A stretch of 64,000 nucleotides of DNA. It comes from a virus. The DNA is taken from IMG/VR virus record IMGVR_UViG_3300029131_000181; one strand, written 5' to 3'. Both the position numbers and the translations under genes were made by a program. This document shows, piece after piece, positions 52,321 to 62,438 of the stretch (positions are counted from its first letter, which is position 1; the number at the start of each line of letters is the position of its first letter). Below the pieces are notes generated by a model, which saw nothing but the letters and a program-made list of their open reading frames with translations, did no database searches and was not told the DNA's origin.

Positions 52321-53000
52321 TCATTGGGGATTCACTATCGGCGTTGCTGTTCTTGCTTGTGGGTCAATGGAATAAGTGGCGTCAATGCATACCGTATTGC
52401 TCCCTGTGTCTTTTCTCACAAAAACTGGCATTACAATTTCTGTGATGGATGTTGGGTCATTGCCATTCTCTGCATAGGTTTCGGCATATTCCTGCCAACG
52501 GATATCCACGTAGGCATTAGAATGTGGTTCCAGCAATGTTGTTCCTCCCGGGGTACACTCAAAGCCATTGATGGAGCCTTTATCCAGAATGACATCGATA
52601 CGGTCGTTGGTTTTGTTTTCGTAGTAGGCTTTTGCCGTATAGCCCATGAAACTATCAGAATAAAATCCGCAAACGACCATGCTGCAGGCATTATTGTCGA
52701 ACAGCACAATATCCGTGGGCTGAATCTCGTGTTTTGGTTCTGTCGCGTTCTCTTCACCTTTCGGATAAATCACAAAGTCATCATCGACAGGGTCATCACG
52801 ATTCGACACATCCCATTCTGCTTCATCATAGACATCGATGTGAAGTTTGACGGTATCGATGTCTTGCGGTTTCACTCCATAGATTTCCAGTCCTGCTTTA
52901 TCCCACGAAACGACCTCGGTGGTTTTCACTCCTGGTCCAATTTCCGGGAACCAACTGGTATCTGCCGGGATTCCATAAAATTTGTGCGTAGGGCACACCG
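52321..53000 (-). pseudogene. lipoprotein gene, C-terminal part (split by the iscB element)
   Basis: Aligns with residues ~175-393 of paralog 55365-56444 (VVYPKGEENATEPKHE.QPTD, GFECTPG/GFECFPE). Confidence 0.85.
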
Positions 53001-53106
53001 TCTACAGTCGTTTGCGACTTAGGCGGTGAGGAATGCGCTAACCAAGATTTGATTTGAGGTAAACTTAGTTAACGCAAATACCCTGCTACTCCTTTCTTTG
53101 AATGAT

Positions 53107-54504
53107 TTAAGATACTTTTTCCCATGCGGGATGTATGGAATCTGCTGCTTTTACAATTTTGAGTTTTTTAAGGCTCGCGGATTTTTGACCGTTTTTTGCG
53201 GGTGCTTTGAATTCTACATTTACGGCACCCTTTTTATTGGTATGAGTGCCATGCACAATGAGAACTTTTCCGTTGAGAGAGACTAAATCACCCGGATTAA
53301 GGTTTACCTTTTTGCGTAATAGAGCGCGATGCCCTGCGTATGTCCTCTTGCCACGATATTTGTGCAGGTTTTCCGAATCCTTTTTATGGCTGCGGCTGAT
53401 TCTACCGTTGAAGAGTTTTTTTCCGGTAGCTATTTCTCCTGTACGAATGTCAATGTAGCGAGAATCATAAAACTTTTCAAGGATGCGATTATTACGCCTT
53501 ACCTTTTCATAATGTTCAAACGTACAGCGGCAGTTTGGATGAAACTCGCCCATTGCATATGCATCATTATTATGACTCTTTTCAAGATGAAGCGCGATAC
53601 GTTTTTCTTTTGTCATTGCGCCATAAGTGACGGTGACAAAATCTTTTCCAAAAGCAGCATAGAGTTCATTGACAATTTGCCACCTAACGGTGTTCATAAA
53701 AGCCGCACCGGAAAGGTCGGCAAACTTTACATTTTCTCCGAAGCCATAAAGCTTACCGCTTTTTTGGTGATTGGCAGGCGTATGGCACTTTTCGCATACC
53801 GTTAGAAGTTCGTCCAGACTGTTGCCGTGACGACCTTTCCAGTAGAACATATGATGCATATGTAAAATCGCACCTTCTGTAGCTTTACGCCCACAAACCT
53901 TACAGACATAGTTATCGCGGTAAAATACCGCTTCCCGCAAGGTTGCCAAGTTGTAGCGGGGACCTTTCTGGTAGTCTACACCTTCCGGTTTTGATTCGCC
54001 TTTCTGGATGGCTTGCAGCAACATTGTGTCGAAAGAACCAACCTCAACCGTTGCATGAGTAATGGGCATTACCGCACAATACATCTTAACAACGTTGACA
54101 TTGAGTTCTTTCTTATGTCTCAAAGATGGAGCAAGCCAACTCTCGCCGCGTTTGCGATTATCGAAACGCGGTTTACGGTAGCGCAGTCTGTTTCTTCGGG
54201 AACGACGCATCTTGCGACAATCATCGTGATGTTCCTTCTCATCCTGTAATGTATCATACTGCGCAGATACATACTCGTGAGATTGACTTTTCACACTGAT
54301 GCCGATGTAGTTGTAGCCAACATCCTCACAGATTTCGATGGGTTGTGTGTTTGTTTTGCTGTCATACAGCAGCTGGATGGTAAAAGGATGATGCTTAACG
54401 ATTTTTGCTTTTCCGTCTTTCAAGAGGCGGCGTACCTTGCCAAGACGGAAGGTAGGCATTAAGCGTTCACCACTGTTGCTGAGAACGCAAACGCAAGTGC
54501 TCAT
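53107..54504 (-). CDS. iscB: IscB RNA-guided nuclease
   Basis: N-terminal PLMP-type motif (GERLMP), RuvC-I (EDVGYNYIGISV), arginine-rich bridge helix (RRSRRNRLRYRKPRFDNR), HNH (CKVCG..HMHH..N..CEKCH), RuvC-II/III (EKSHNNDAYAM) and a C-terminal beta-rich domain. Confidence 0.9.
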   Translation of the reverse strand: MSTCVCVLSNSGERLMPTFRLGKVRRLLKDGKAKIVKHHPFTIQLLYDSKTNTQPIEICEDVGYNYIGISVKSQSHEYVSAQYDTLQDEKEHHDDCRKMRRSRRNRLRYRKPRFDNRKRGESWLAPSLRHKKELNVNVVKMYCAVMPITHATVEVGSFDTMLLQAIQKGESKPEGVDYQKGPRYNLATLREAVFYRDNYVCKVCGRKATEGAILHMHHMFYWKGRHGNSLDELLTVCEKCHTPANHQKSGKLYGFGENVKFADLSGAAFMNTVRWQIVNELYAAFGKDFVTVTYGAMTKEKRIALHLEKSHNNDAYAMGEFHPNCRCTFEHYEKVRRNNRILEKFYDSRYIDIRTGEIATGKKLFNGRISRSHKKDSENLHKYRGKRTYAGHRALLRKKVNLNPGDLVSLNGKVLIVHGTHTNKKGAVNVEFKAPAKNGQKSASLKKLKIVKAADSIHPAWEKVS

Positions 54505-54853
54505 GCAAGATACTCCTTTCGTTAAATAGTAATGAAACTATAAGTCAGGGCTTGCGCCCCGTGGTCCACTTCGCCAATGTTATGCACTGTTTTAGCCTTT
54601 CGGCATGGCTTACGCACTTCTCCTACCCTTAGAGATGTTTAACGTAATATGTATCAACGGCTTGCACCATTGACACATACGCTGCCCGCAGAGCCCGACA
54701 CTTGTGGAGCATATCGGGGTGCCTATATTATTAGTACACAACGTAGTTTTCCCCACTGCCGGAGCAATGGGCTTAGGCTAATCAACTGGGCTTACAGGTT
54801 GCCCCGCAAGCCCCGTCTATAACCGGTGAACCGGTTTAGGCGGGGTTGTTGAC
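54505..54853 (-). ncRNA. IscB omega RNA (HEARO-type) upstream of iscB
   Basis: ~350 nt, ORF-free and GC-rich between the left end and the iscB RBS. Multiple stems with GCAA/GAAA loops (GGGGCGCAAGCCC, GCCGAAAGGC). Confidence 0.7.
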
Positions 54854-55220
54854 TCAAGGACGAGCTGCTTGTGATAGCGCAAAGAGTTTTGTCATCCGTT
54901 TTATTTTGGAAATCAACGGTCCAGTAGTAGCCATAGCTGTCATCATAACCCACGTTCTGCAAGATGATGGTACAGGTATCGTTGTCGGCAATCGTCTGTG
55001 GCTGGAAACTCTCATCGAACTGGATGTCGGGTTCAGCCGTTGCATTATCGGCAGCACTACTTGCAGTACTCGTTGAAGAGTCGCTGGTGCTTTCCTCGGG
55101 GGATGCAGCATCAGATGTAGCTGCACTGCTGGCAGCAGTACTGGTAGTGTTAGAGCTGCTACAGGCGGCCAGGGAAAGGGCAAGCAAAGCCGAAAGTGCT
55201 AATGATACAACCTTTTTCAT
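54854..55220 (-). pseudogene. lipoprotein gene, N-terminal part (split by the iscB element)
   Basis: MKKVVSLALSALLALSLAACSSS lipobox. Colinear with the paralog up to ..NKTDDKTL. Confidence 0.85.
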
Positions 55221-55364
55221 GATTTTCTCCTTTTTTCTTTGTATAAGGCTATTATACATCAAAAGCGCTTCGGCATTTTACTTTTCCAGAACGAAACCTT
55301 TATTTACAAAGTTGCAAACGAAGCCTGGGAAAGTTAATAATTTTAATCGCAGGAGGGCGTCAAA

Positions 55365-56444
55365 TTATTCCGATGTTGTCACGGAATTTGTCTGAGGGTT
55401 AATAGTGAAAGTCTCATCTACATAGATGTCCCGAGTGCTGGAATTGTTTATAACGATTGGCATCACCATTTTGGTGACAGAGGTGGGGTCTTTACCGTTG
55501 GCCTCATAAGTATCTAAATAATCGTAATAGTAGATGTCTACATAGGCATTAGTGTGCGCATCAATTCCCATTGTATCTGTTTCAGGGAAGCACTCAAAGC
55601 CATTTATGGAACCTCCACTTCTAAAGGCAAACATGATTTCTTTATCCGTCTTGTTTTCTATGTAAGCTTTGGCCGTATAACCGTGTAGGCCGTTGGGGTC
55701 AAATCCACAAATCATCAGGGCGCAAGCGTCATTGTCGGCCAGTACGAGGTCTGTGGGTTGGGTTTCATGCTTTGGCTCGGTTGCGTTTTCTTCCCCTTTT
55801 GGATAAACCACGAAATCGTCATCAACAAAGTCATGCCGTGGGATAACATCATAATCTAATTCGTTATAGACATCGAGATAAAAACTTACCGTATTGATAT
55901 CCTGCGGATTGATGTTATAAATTTTAAGCCCGGAACTTTCCCAATGATGAATCTCCGTTTCCTCTTGACCAGGTTCAACACTCGTAAGCCAAAGGCTCGC
56001 ACCCACGCCATTCAATGTGCAGTCATCAAACGAGTAACCGAGTTTTTTATCTGATGTCTTATTCTTGAAATAAAGCTTCCAATAATAGCCGTAATCATCA
56101 TCGTAACCAACGCTCTGCAAGATAATGGTGCATTCTTCATTATCAACAAGTGTCTGTGCCTGGAAATCATTATCGTATGTAATTTTGGGTTCGGGGGACG
56201 GCGTAGGTAAATCGCTGCCTGTGCCGTTCCACACCCTTTCATATGTTTTGCCGTCTTCTGTAGTATATGTCTCTCCTACTTTAATCCCGTCAGGGCTGTA
56301 ATCTTGCGTGCTATTGGAAGTGCTATTTGACGAAGCACTTGACTTGGATTCACTTGAGGCTGCAGCAGAACTATCTGCCTTGCCACAGGCAGCCAACGAG
56401 AGGACGAGCAAAGTCGAAAGTGCTAATGATACAACCTTTTTCAT
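55365..56444 (-). CDS. lipoprotein (intact paralog)
   Basis: Trimmed to MKKVVSLALSTLLVLSLAACGK (AAAAGGAG RBS). Ser-rich linker followed by two related beta-rich halves. Confidence 0.8.
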   Translation of the reverse strand: MKKVVSLALSTLLVLSLAACGKADSSAAASSESKSSASSNSTSNSTQDYSPDGIKVGETYTTEDGKTYERVWNGTGSDLPTPSPEPKITYDNDFQAQTLVDNEECTIILQSVGYDDDYGYYWKLYFKNKTSDKKLGYSFDDCTLNGVGASLWLTSVEPGQEETEIHHWESSGLKIYNINPQDINTVSFYLDVYNELDYDVIPRHDFVDDDFVVYPKGEENATEPKHETQPTDLVLADNDACALMICGFDPNGLHGYTAKAYIENKTDKEIMFAFRSGGSINGFECFPETDTMGIDAHTNAYVDIYYYDYLDTYEANGKDPTSVTKMVMPIVINNSSTRDIYVDETFTINPQTNSVTTSE

Positions 56445-56964
56445 AGTGTTCTCCTTTTTTCTGTTTGTCAGAGCCATTATACACCAAAAGCACTTTGACT
56501 TATTTATTTTGGGAATATTTATCGCCAATTTGAGCGGATTGCACAAATAGCAAGAAGAAAATCAGTGCATATATGCTTCGACATTTTCCTTTCCCCTCTG
56601 CATTTTCCAGAACGAAACTTTTAATGCAGGCTTTCCCAAACGAAACTTTTGGGAGTTGTGATTTGAACTTGACAGCATTTGCGGCAGCTGAGATTTTGCT
56701 ATTCGCCTGTTCCGATTGTCTCACCACAGATACGAAGCAGCGCATTTCGCTTTTGTGAGATACATCTCATATTTGGAAAGGCTGCGACAAAATTCTGAGG
56801 TTTCAGCGGCTCGCTTGCGACATTTTTCCAACTTTTTGGGCAGCAAAAAAGCCCTACCAGAATGGTAGAGTCTTTGCATGTTTTCTTTCGGTCATACGAG
56901 TAGGAAGCGTCATTTATCCGATATTCTTTCGCGCAAAAAAATGAACTTGCTTCGAGGTGAAGCG

Positions 56965-57027
56965 TAGCAAGTGCTTAGCAAGTTTTTAGCAAGTTCGTAG
57001 CAAGTATGCAACAAGCTCATGACAAGT
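56965..57027. repeat. 6 x 11-bp phased repeat TAGCAAGTnnn
   Basis: Units start at 56965, 56976, 56987, 56998, 57009 and 57020. The last two are degenerate (CAACAAGC, TGACAAGT). Confidence 0.8.
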
Positions 57028-57111
57028 ACAATGTCTACTTTTCCGTAGCAAAAAGAAAAGCCACCAAACGATTTTACTCGCTTGGCGGCTTAGCTATATT
57101 CCTATACTGTT

Positions 57112-60100
57112 TTATCCAAATAACTCATCCAGCTTTTCGCTCAACGTCCCATCCTTTGCATAAGGCAATGCATCGCACATACGAAAGTTATACTGCTTTC
57201 CGTTATGCTCCTCAGAGAACCCAAGAATATAGTTGGTTGCAATGCGATAAATAATTTCGGACGGAGCCAGACCGTAGACCTGCTTTTCAAAGATGTGTTC
57301 GAGCCGCTCCTTGGAGTTCGGGAACGCAGCTTTCATGCCTTCGCTCTGGTACAGACGCTTCACGATTTCGGTAATGTACAGGCCCGATTTCATGTACAGG
57401 TCAATAAAGGTCTTGTCCGGGTCATTAAAGCATCCGGGATTTTCTTCTTCCAAAAGCGATACCATCTTTGCCACGGTTGCTTTCGGGGTAAAGATTTGGT
57501 TCGTGCGCTGCGGCGGAATGTAGTCGAAGATGTCCTTTTCGTTCGCCGGGTCAAAATAGTTTGCCAGTTCACGCTTTAACCGCAGGAACTCTTTGATGGA
57601 ATCATCAAACACGACTTCATCAAACAGCTTCCCGTCAAAGTGCTTCGTTTCGCCTGTGGCGGTATCCTTGTAATCACCGCCATCGCGCAGGAAACGGAAC
57701 TGCTCCAGCGTGATGCTGGTGACTTCTTGGAAAACTTCATCGGGAACGATTTGGTCGAAGTTGGCAAGAGTGGTATCCTCTGTGCCATAGGCCATCAGAA
57801 ATGACGGTATCGTGCGGGCAAAACCGCGTAGATGGTCGCGGATGGTATCTTCCACATCGTTCTTTTTGCGTTCCTCGATTTGTGTCTCATAGCTGCGGAC
57901 AGTCTCTTTGGCGGCATCTTCCACGAAGCTGCTGACCGTATCATTCAAAGCTGTTTTCAGCTTTTCAGTAGCCTCTGCCTTTTTCTGGTCGAATTCCTGA
58001 TTGATTTTTGCCTGTTCGTGGGGCGCAGCAGCAGCCAACTGCTCATGGCGTTCTTTTTCGATTTGGTTGGTTTCGATACGATAGTCGCCGTAAGTCCGCG
58101 CCACCAAACGGTCCGCATCCTCGCCCAGCTTCTTCTCTACACGCTTGGCATCCGATGCCTTAATTTCCGAGTCATAATTGGAGGTGGCAGCAGCCACGAT
58201 GGGTTTAACAGCCTGCGCCTTGAAAGCCTCCTGCAACGCTTCCAGCGCCTTATCCTTGGGCTGGTTGTCAACGGCGACTTTATCAATAGCCTGCGTGACC
58301 TGCTCGCTGACAGTCTCATAGATTTTATCGCCAAAAATATCATCGGCCAAACCGATAACATAGCCCTCATCTACTTCGACATCGCCGTTTTCATCAACAT
58401 GGACGCGGTCCAAATCTTCTTTCTTGACTTCCTGCTTTTTCGGTTCGTCCACAGGGGTGAACTTTGTAATAATGTTCACAACCGCCTGCGGAGCACCGAA
58501 GATGTTGGAAATGTTCTGGAACAGATAATTGGACATAAATCCGCGATTCACAACTTCTGTGGAGCGAATCTTTCGCGGAATAGAAAGTACCTTTTCGGCA
58601 TCCAGTTCCACCATTTCGCCGTCTTCATCCTCGCCGATGACCGGGAAGAAGTTCAGCAGTTCCTTGATGTGCTTTTTGCGGGTTTCGGTATCACCGCGAC
58701 CATCGGAAGTGCTGGCATACAGGTCGTTCGCGAACTCCTCAAAAATCATAAGAGTTCGCGCAGGGTCGAAGTCGAAGATATAAGCATTCTCCTTGCGGTA
58801 GAACTTGCCTTTGTCGTGGAACAAGCACGGATTCTGCGCACGGAACGCCGCCTGCATATACAGGGATGCACTCTTGATGCTGCTCAGCATCAGCACAGCA
58901 GTCCATTCTGGAATCGTAACGCCCGTGGTGAGCTGTCCGACAGACAGTGTAATTGTCTTGTCGTTCTGGGCGATAGCCTCGGTCACGCTGTCAAACGCTT
59001 TCTTGGCAGAATCATCATCGTTCAATCTACCGTCACCCACTGCCGCGACGACCTTGTAATCCTTGAAAACAGGATGGTTGTTCAGCTTGCGGGCTAGAGC
59101 CTTGGCGCTGTCCACACGGTTCAGCAGCCAAAGCGTATGCTTTAATTCATCGCGTAATTCCGGTGTGGAGAACGGGAACTTAGTCTGTGTAGTCAGCGCA
59201 TCAAGGAACTTGTCCACAGCGCTGTCATGCACAAAGTTTCCGGCCTGATTGACTGCAAAAAACTCATTTAGGTCAAACGCCCATTCTTCTGTCTCGCCGT
59301 TGATTTCAATGCCCTGCTTCAGTTCATCCCGAACGACCTCGGACATCTGATAGGTGAACATATTGAGCTGCGGCAGATTCGCGTAGGGATTCTGCTCGCT
59401 CTGGTCACCCTGCCAATCGCGTTTTTTCTTCTGCTCGTCGGCATAGGTCCAGTTATAGATGGCGTCCTCTTTGAATTTTTCGCTGGCAATGGCCTTAAAC
59501 GGCGTGCCGGACAGATGCAGCGTAAAGTTGCGGTCAATATGGTCGAACGCCACATCCGTCTTGTAGGTATCTACGCCCTCGTGGGCTTCGTCAATAATCA
59601 GAACATCCCAATGAATGTCATTGACTTCTTTCAGCTTTTCAAATTCACCGCCAAAGTAAATGGAGCCTTTGAGGTCCTGCAAGCTGACGAACTCGATGCA
59701 CTTGTAGTCGTCGTTGTTCAGCATATCCAGATACTGATTGCGGCTCACAACAAAAGGCTTCCCCTGCAGGGAGCTGGTATCGCTCACAAACAGATACCCG
59801 GAATCGGGACCGAGGAACTTCTCGTAGTCGGAATACCACGAGTTTGCAATCGCAGGGCGGTTCGTCACGATAAGGACCGTGTCTGCGTCCATCTGTTTGC
59901 AAAGCTCATAGGCCGTAAGTGTTTTGCCGAAGCGCGGCTTTGCGTTCCAGAGGTATTCACCCTTGGTATGCAGGCGGCTGTAATTCAGCGTTTTCTCTAC
60001 CGCATCCTCCTGCTCCTCACGCAGATTATACGGGGTTGCGGCGGTCAGCGATTGCAAAATACCGCGATTCGCACGGAAATCATAGAAGTGGTTGCGGGAA

Positions 60101-60408
60101 ACAGGCCCCGTCACATGGAACCATTCGTTCTTGGGGTCGTTCTCAATGTTCAGCTTGCGCAGATAGCGGTGGAAATCTTTATCGGTAAATGTATCGCCGG
60201 AGCCATCCTCGAATGTAGCATTGCCGCGCCATTCTTCTTTGTATTCCACATCGGCAGTATGGGTCTGCTGGCTCAATCGCTTGTCTACATCCTGCTCGGT
60301 GTAGCCGATTTTCGTCCAACCGTTATGGCGGGCAATCTCAGGAGTGGTATAGGCATAAATCATCGGAACAACGCGGTCCGTTGTTTTGATGACGATTTTA
60401 GTGCTCAT
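57112..60408 (-). CDS. T5orf172/GIY-YIG-like + SF2 helicase + methyltransferase-N-terminal-like fusion protein
   Basis: N-terminal MIYAYTTPEIARHNGWTKIGYTEQDVDKRLSQQ. Helicase motifs PRFGKTLTAYE and LIIDEAHEG. C-terminal NQIFTPKATVAKMVSLL..FIDLYMKSGLYITEI resembles MTase motifs X/I with no NPPY. Confidence 0.8.
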   Translation of the reverse strand: MSTKIVIKTTDRVVPMIYAYTTPEIARHNGWTKIGYTEQDVDKRLSQQTHTADVEYKEEWRGNATFEDGSGDTFTDKDFHRYLRKLNIENDPKNEWFHVTGPVSRNHFYDFRANRGILQSLTAATPYNLREEQEDAVEKTLNYSRLHTKGEYLWNAKPRFGKTLTAYELCKQMDADTVLIVTNRPAIANSWYSDYEKFLGPDSGYLFVSDTSSLQGKPFVVSRNQYLDMLNNDDYKCIEFVSLQDLKGSIYFGGEFEKLKEVNDIHWDVLIIDEAHEGVDTYKTDVAFDHIDRNFTLHLSGTPFKAIASEKFKEDAIYNWTYADEQKKKRDWQGDQSEQNPYANLPQLNMFTYQMSEVVRDELKQGIEINGETEEWAFDLNEFFAVNQAGNFVHDSAVDKFLDALTTQTKFPFSTPELRDELKHTLWLLNRVDSAKALARKLNNHPVFKDYKVVAAVGDGRLNDDDSAKKAFDSVTEAIAQNDKTITLSVGQLTTGVTIPEWTAVLMLSSIKSASLYMQAAFRAQNPCLFHDKGKFYRKENAYIFDFDPARTLMIFEEFANDLYASTSDGRGDTETRKKHIKELLNFFPVIGEDEDGEMVELDAEKVLSIPRKIRSTEVVNRGFMSNYLFQNISNIFGAPQAVVNIITKFTPVDEPKKQEVKKEDLDRVHVDENGDVEVDEGYVIGLADDIFGDKIYETVSEQVTQAIDKVAVDNQPKDKALEALQEAFKAQAVKPIVAAATSNYDSEIKASDAKRVEKKLGEDADRLVARTYGDYRIETNQIEKERHEQLAAAAPHEQAKINQEFDQKKAEATEKLKTALNDTVSSFVEDAAKETVRSYETQIEERKKNDVEDTIRDHLRGFARTIPSFLMAYGTEDTTLANFDQIVPDEVFQEVTSITLEQFRFLRDGGDYKDTATGETKHFDGKLFDEVVFDDSIKEFLRLKRELANYFDPANEKDIFDYIPPQRTNQIFTPKATVAKMVSLLEEENPGCFNDPDKTFIDLYMKSGLYITEIVKRLYQSEGMKAAFPNSKERLEHIFEKQVYGLAPSEIIYRIATNYILGFSEEHNGKQYNFRMCDALPYAKDGTLSEKLDELFG

Positions 60409-60409
60409 A

Positions 60410-61438
60410 TTATGCCATCTCCTTTACATGAGATTCGATGAAGTCGATTTCCTGCTGTGAAAGACCATACTTCTTGTATAGTTGCTGGTCAATGTCGCGG
60501 ATGGAAGCCGACCAGTTAATGTCAGAGTTGGGGGTGAAATCTTGTAAAGGAACATTCTTCCATGCAGAAATCGATGTGTGCTGCGTAACTTTTAATGTCC
60601 CAAGCATTGCACGGCAAAACTTTGTCTTTATATATTTCACAACACGCTCTGCTTCATCAGAAGTTTCAAATCGTCCCATGCTGATGAATGTCTGTGTAAA
60701 TCCTACATTCGGGCCTTCAACATGAGGAGGATAAATTGCTTCACCAAATTTACCAATTCCGGTTGCTTCTGGCATGACCGCTTTGTAGTAATTCAAATTG
60801 GTTTTATTGTCTATATATTCTCGTTTAATGTACTTATAAACACGCGCATTATTTACTCGCCCAAGGATTGACACATATTCGCCATTAGCTGGTTTTTGAG
60901 AGTAGAACACTTCTGGAATAGAATCAAAGACATTGGTTTTTACTTCATATTCATTTCCCTTACTGAGTTTTGCCTTTAGTTGCGGATTTTCGTCATGCAT
61001 CAACTGTGTAAATTTATAAGCCACTGGCGAATACACTATTGTGCTAAAAGCAATAAAATCTTCCGCATGAAGTATCTTTTTTGCAATGCCGTTGAGTTCT
61101 GGTTCCTTAAAAAAGTGCTCTATAGGTCCGAAATCTTTTCGCTTGTCACGATAGGTAACTGCGACACCGCCTTTAATATCTGTGTTCGGGAAAATGCTTG
61201 CACTAAGCGGTCTATAGTACAAGACTTTATAATGTGGGTCAGAAAGCATTTTTCTATTCCACTTTTTATCGGTATCACCAGCATCGAACAAAAAACGTGC
61301 CGGATGAATCATTTCGACTACCGTTGCCACTTCGAAGCCAGATTCCAAGAAATAATTATAAACAGAAGGAGCCTTTGTATTATCACCAATACCCGTATCT
61401 TGATACGGAGGGTTGCCAATTGCATAATCGAACTTCAT
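60410..61438 (-). CDS. Eco57I-type N6-adenine methyltransferase catalytic/C-terminal half
   Basis: Begins MKFDYAIGNPPYQ (motif IV at the extreme N-terminus). Own RBS AAAGGAG 12 nt upstream. Confidence 0.8.
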   Translation of the reverse strand: MKFDYAIGNPPYQDTGIGDNTKAPSVYNYFLESGFEVATVVEMIHPARFLFDAGDTDKKWNRKMLSDPHYKVLYYRPLSASIFPNTDIKGGVAVTYRDKRKDFGPIEHFFKEPELNGIAKKILHAEDFIAFSTIVYSPVAYKFTQLMHDENPQLKAKLSKGNEYEVKTNVFDSIPEVFYSQKPANGEYVSILGRVNNARVYKYIKREYIDNKTNLNYYKAVMPEATGIGKFGEAIYPPHVEGPNVGFTQTFISMGRFETSDEAERVVKYIKTKFCRAMLGTLKVTQHTSISAWKNVPLQDFTPNSDINWSASIRDIDQQLYKKYGLSQQEIDFIESHVKEMA

Positions 61439-61442
61439 ATCG

Positions 61443-62438
61443 TCACTTTTCTCCTTTCATTTGGTTGTAAGAAATTGTCCGCATAGCACGCCAATCACGG
61501 ATTTTACATTCGTATTTCTTATTTTGCTTAGCCGCCTCATCGAACAGTGTTTCCTGTTCAAAATCACTTGCAAACAGGGATAGCTGCTCGTAGTCGTCTG
61601 ATATGTACAGTTCTTTGCCCGGAATCGTCCCTTTTAGGCCGTCCATCTGCCATATGTTCCAGCAGATTACATTGGCAATCTGGTTCAGTTCCTTGGCAGT
61701 CGGCTCCCGCTGCCATCGCTCCTGCATATAGTCCACGAAGGTCATCAGCAGGTTGATACGGGCAACAAGCAGGTTGTCACCCTGATATTCGTAGCCGTAG
61801 GTACTTTCAAAGGCTCGCCGCGTCCATTTCAGCCAGTCAGCCTCATTATTGGTATTCTCGTTTACGACCCGCAGCTTTCTGTCCAGAATCCCAATTCTGT
61901 TTTCAATCGGAAGTTCTTCGCCGGTAGCGGCATCATAGCGGGATACCAAATAAGGGGCCTCGCCGCAGGTGATTTCCAGCCGCCGAGAATCAACATACCG
62001 CTGCCAATCCCGTTCTTTCTCAAAGTAAACAGGCTCTTTCGTTGGCTCCCAGTGTTCACCGTTCAGCGTATTAAATACGTTCTCGCGTCCAAACCAATCG
62101 TCATCGCATTTATTGTTCATATAGCAGACGACCCAAGAGGGCGTAAAGACCTCGGCTTTGGATTTCGTTCTTGCCGCCTGTTCTTCTTCCGCTTTCAAAA
62201 TGCGCGGCTGGATAAGATTGGCATATACCCCGGAAATCAGCTCCGGCGTGATTTGATTATCCTGCCGATAGCCATCGCCGTATCGTTCATAAGTATTTGT
62301 TGCCCAGATTATATTTTCACCTGTCGTCTTATCTTCCAGCAGAAACCGCATTGCCGTTCTGACCGGATAAGAATACAGGTCAATCAGTTTGCCCAGATGT
62401 GCCACCCCCGCGCAGCGCAGGAAGCAGCCAGAACCCAT
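61443..62438 (-). CDS. methyltransferase N-terminal-half-like protein (degenerate motif I)
   Basis: AEVFTPSWVVCYMNN (motif X-like) and LEITCGEAPYLVSRYD in place of the usual D/EPxCGxGxFL. Start uncertain (62438 or 62351). Confidence 0.6.
   Translation of the reverse strand: MGSGCFLRCAGVAHLGKLIDLYSYPVRTAMRFLLEDKTTGENIIWATNTYERYGDGYRQDNQITPELISGVYANLIQPRILKAEEEQAARTKSKAEVFTPSWVVCYMNNKCDDDWFGRENVFNTLNGEHWEPTKEPVYFEKERDWQRYVDSRRLEITCGEAPYLVSRYDAATGEELPIENRIGILDRKLRVVNENTNNEADWLKWTRRAFESTYGYEYQGDNLLVARINLLMTFVDYMQERWQREPTAKELNQIANVICWNIWQMDGLKGTIPGKELYISDDYEQLSLFASDFEQETLFDEAAKQNKKYECKIRDWRAMRTISYNQMKGEK

Larger units (their letters stand above)
53001..54853 (-). mobile_element. iscB-omega RNA element (IS200/IS605-superfamily, no tnpA)
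   Basis: Deleting 53001-54853 joins ..TCC TTG A|CG GTG TGC.. in frame and restores a 348-aa lipoprotein colinear with the paralog. Confidence 0.8.

Noticed and set aside
61438-61443. The junction between the two methyltransferase halves as a simple frameshift pseudogene.
   Set aside because: The second ORF has its own well-spaced AAAGGAG RBS and an ATG exactly at motif IV, which favours a genuine two-ORF arrangement. A recent split cannot be excluded without homologs.
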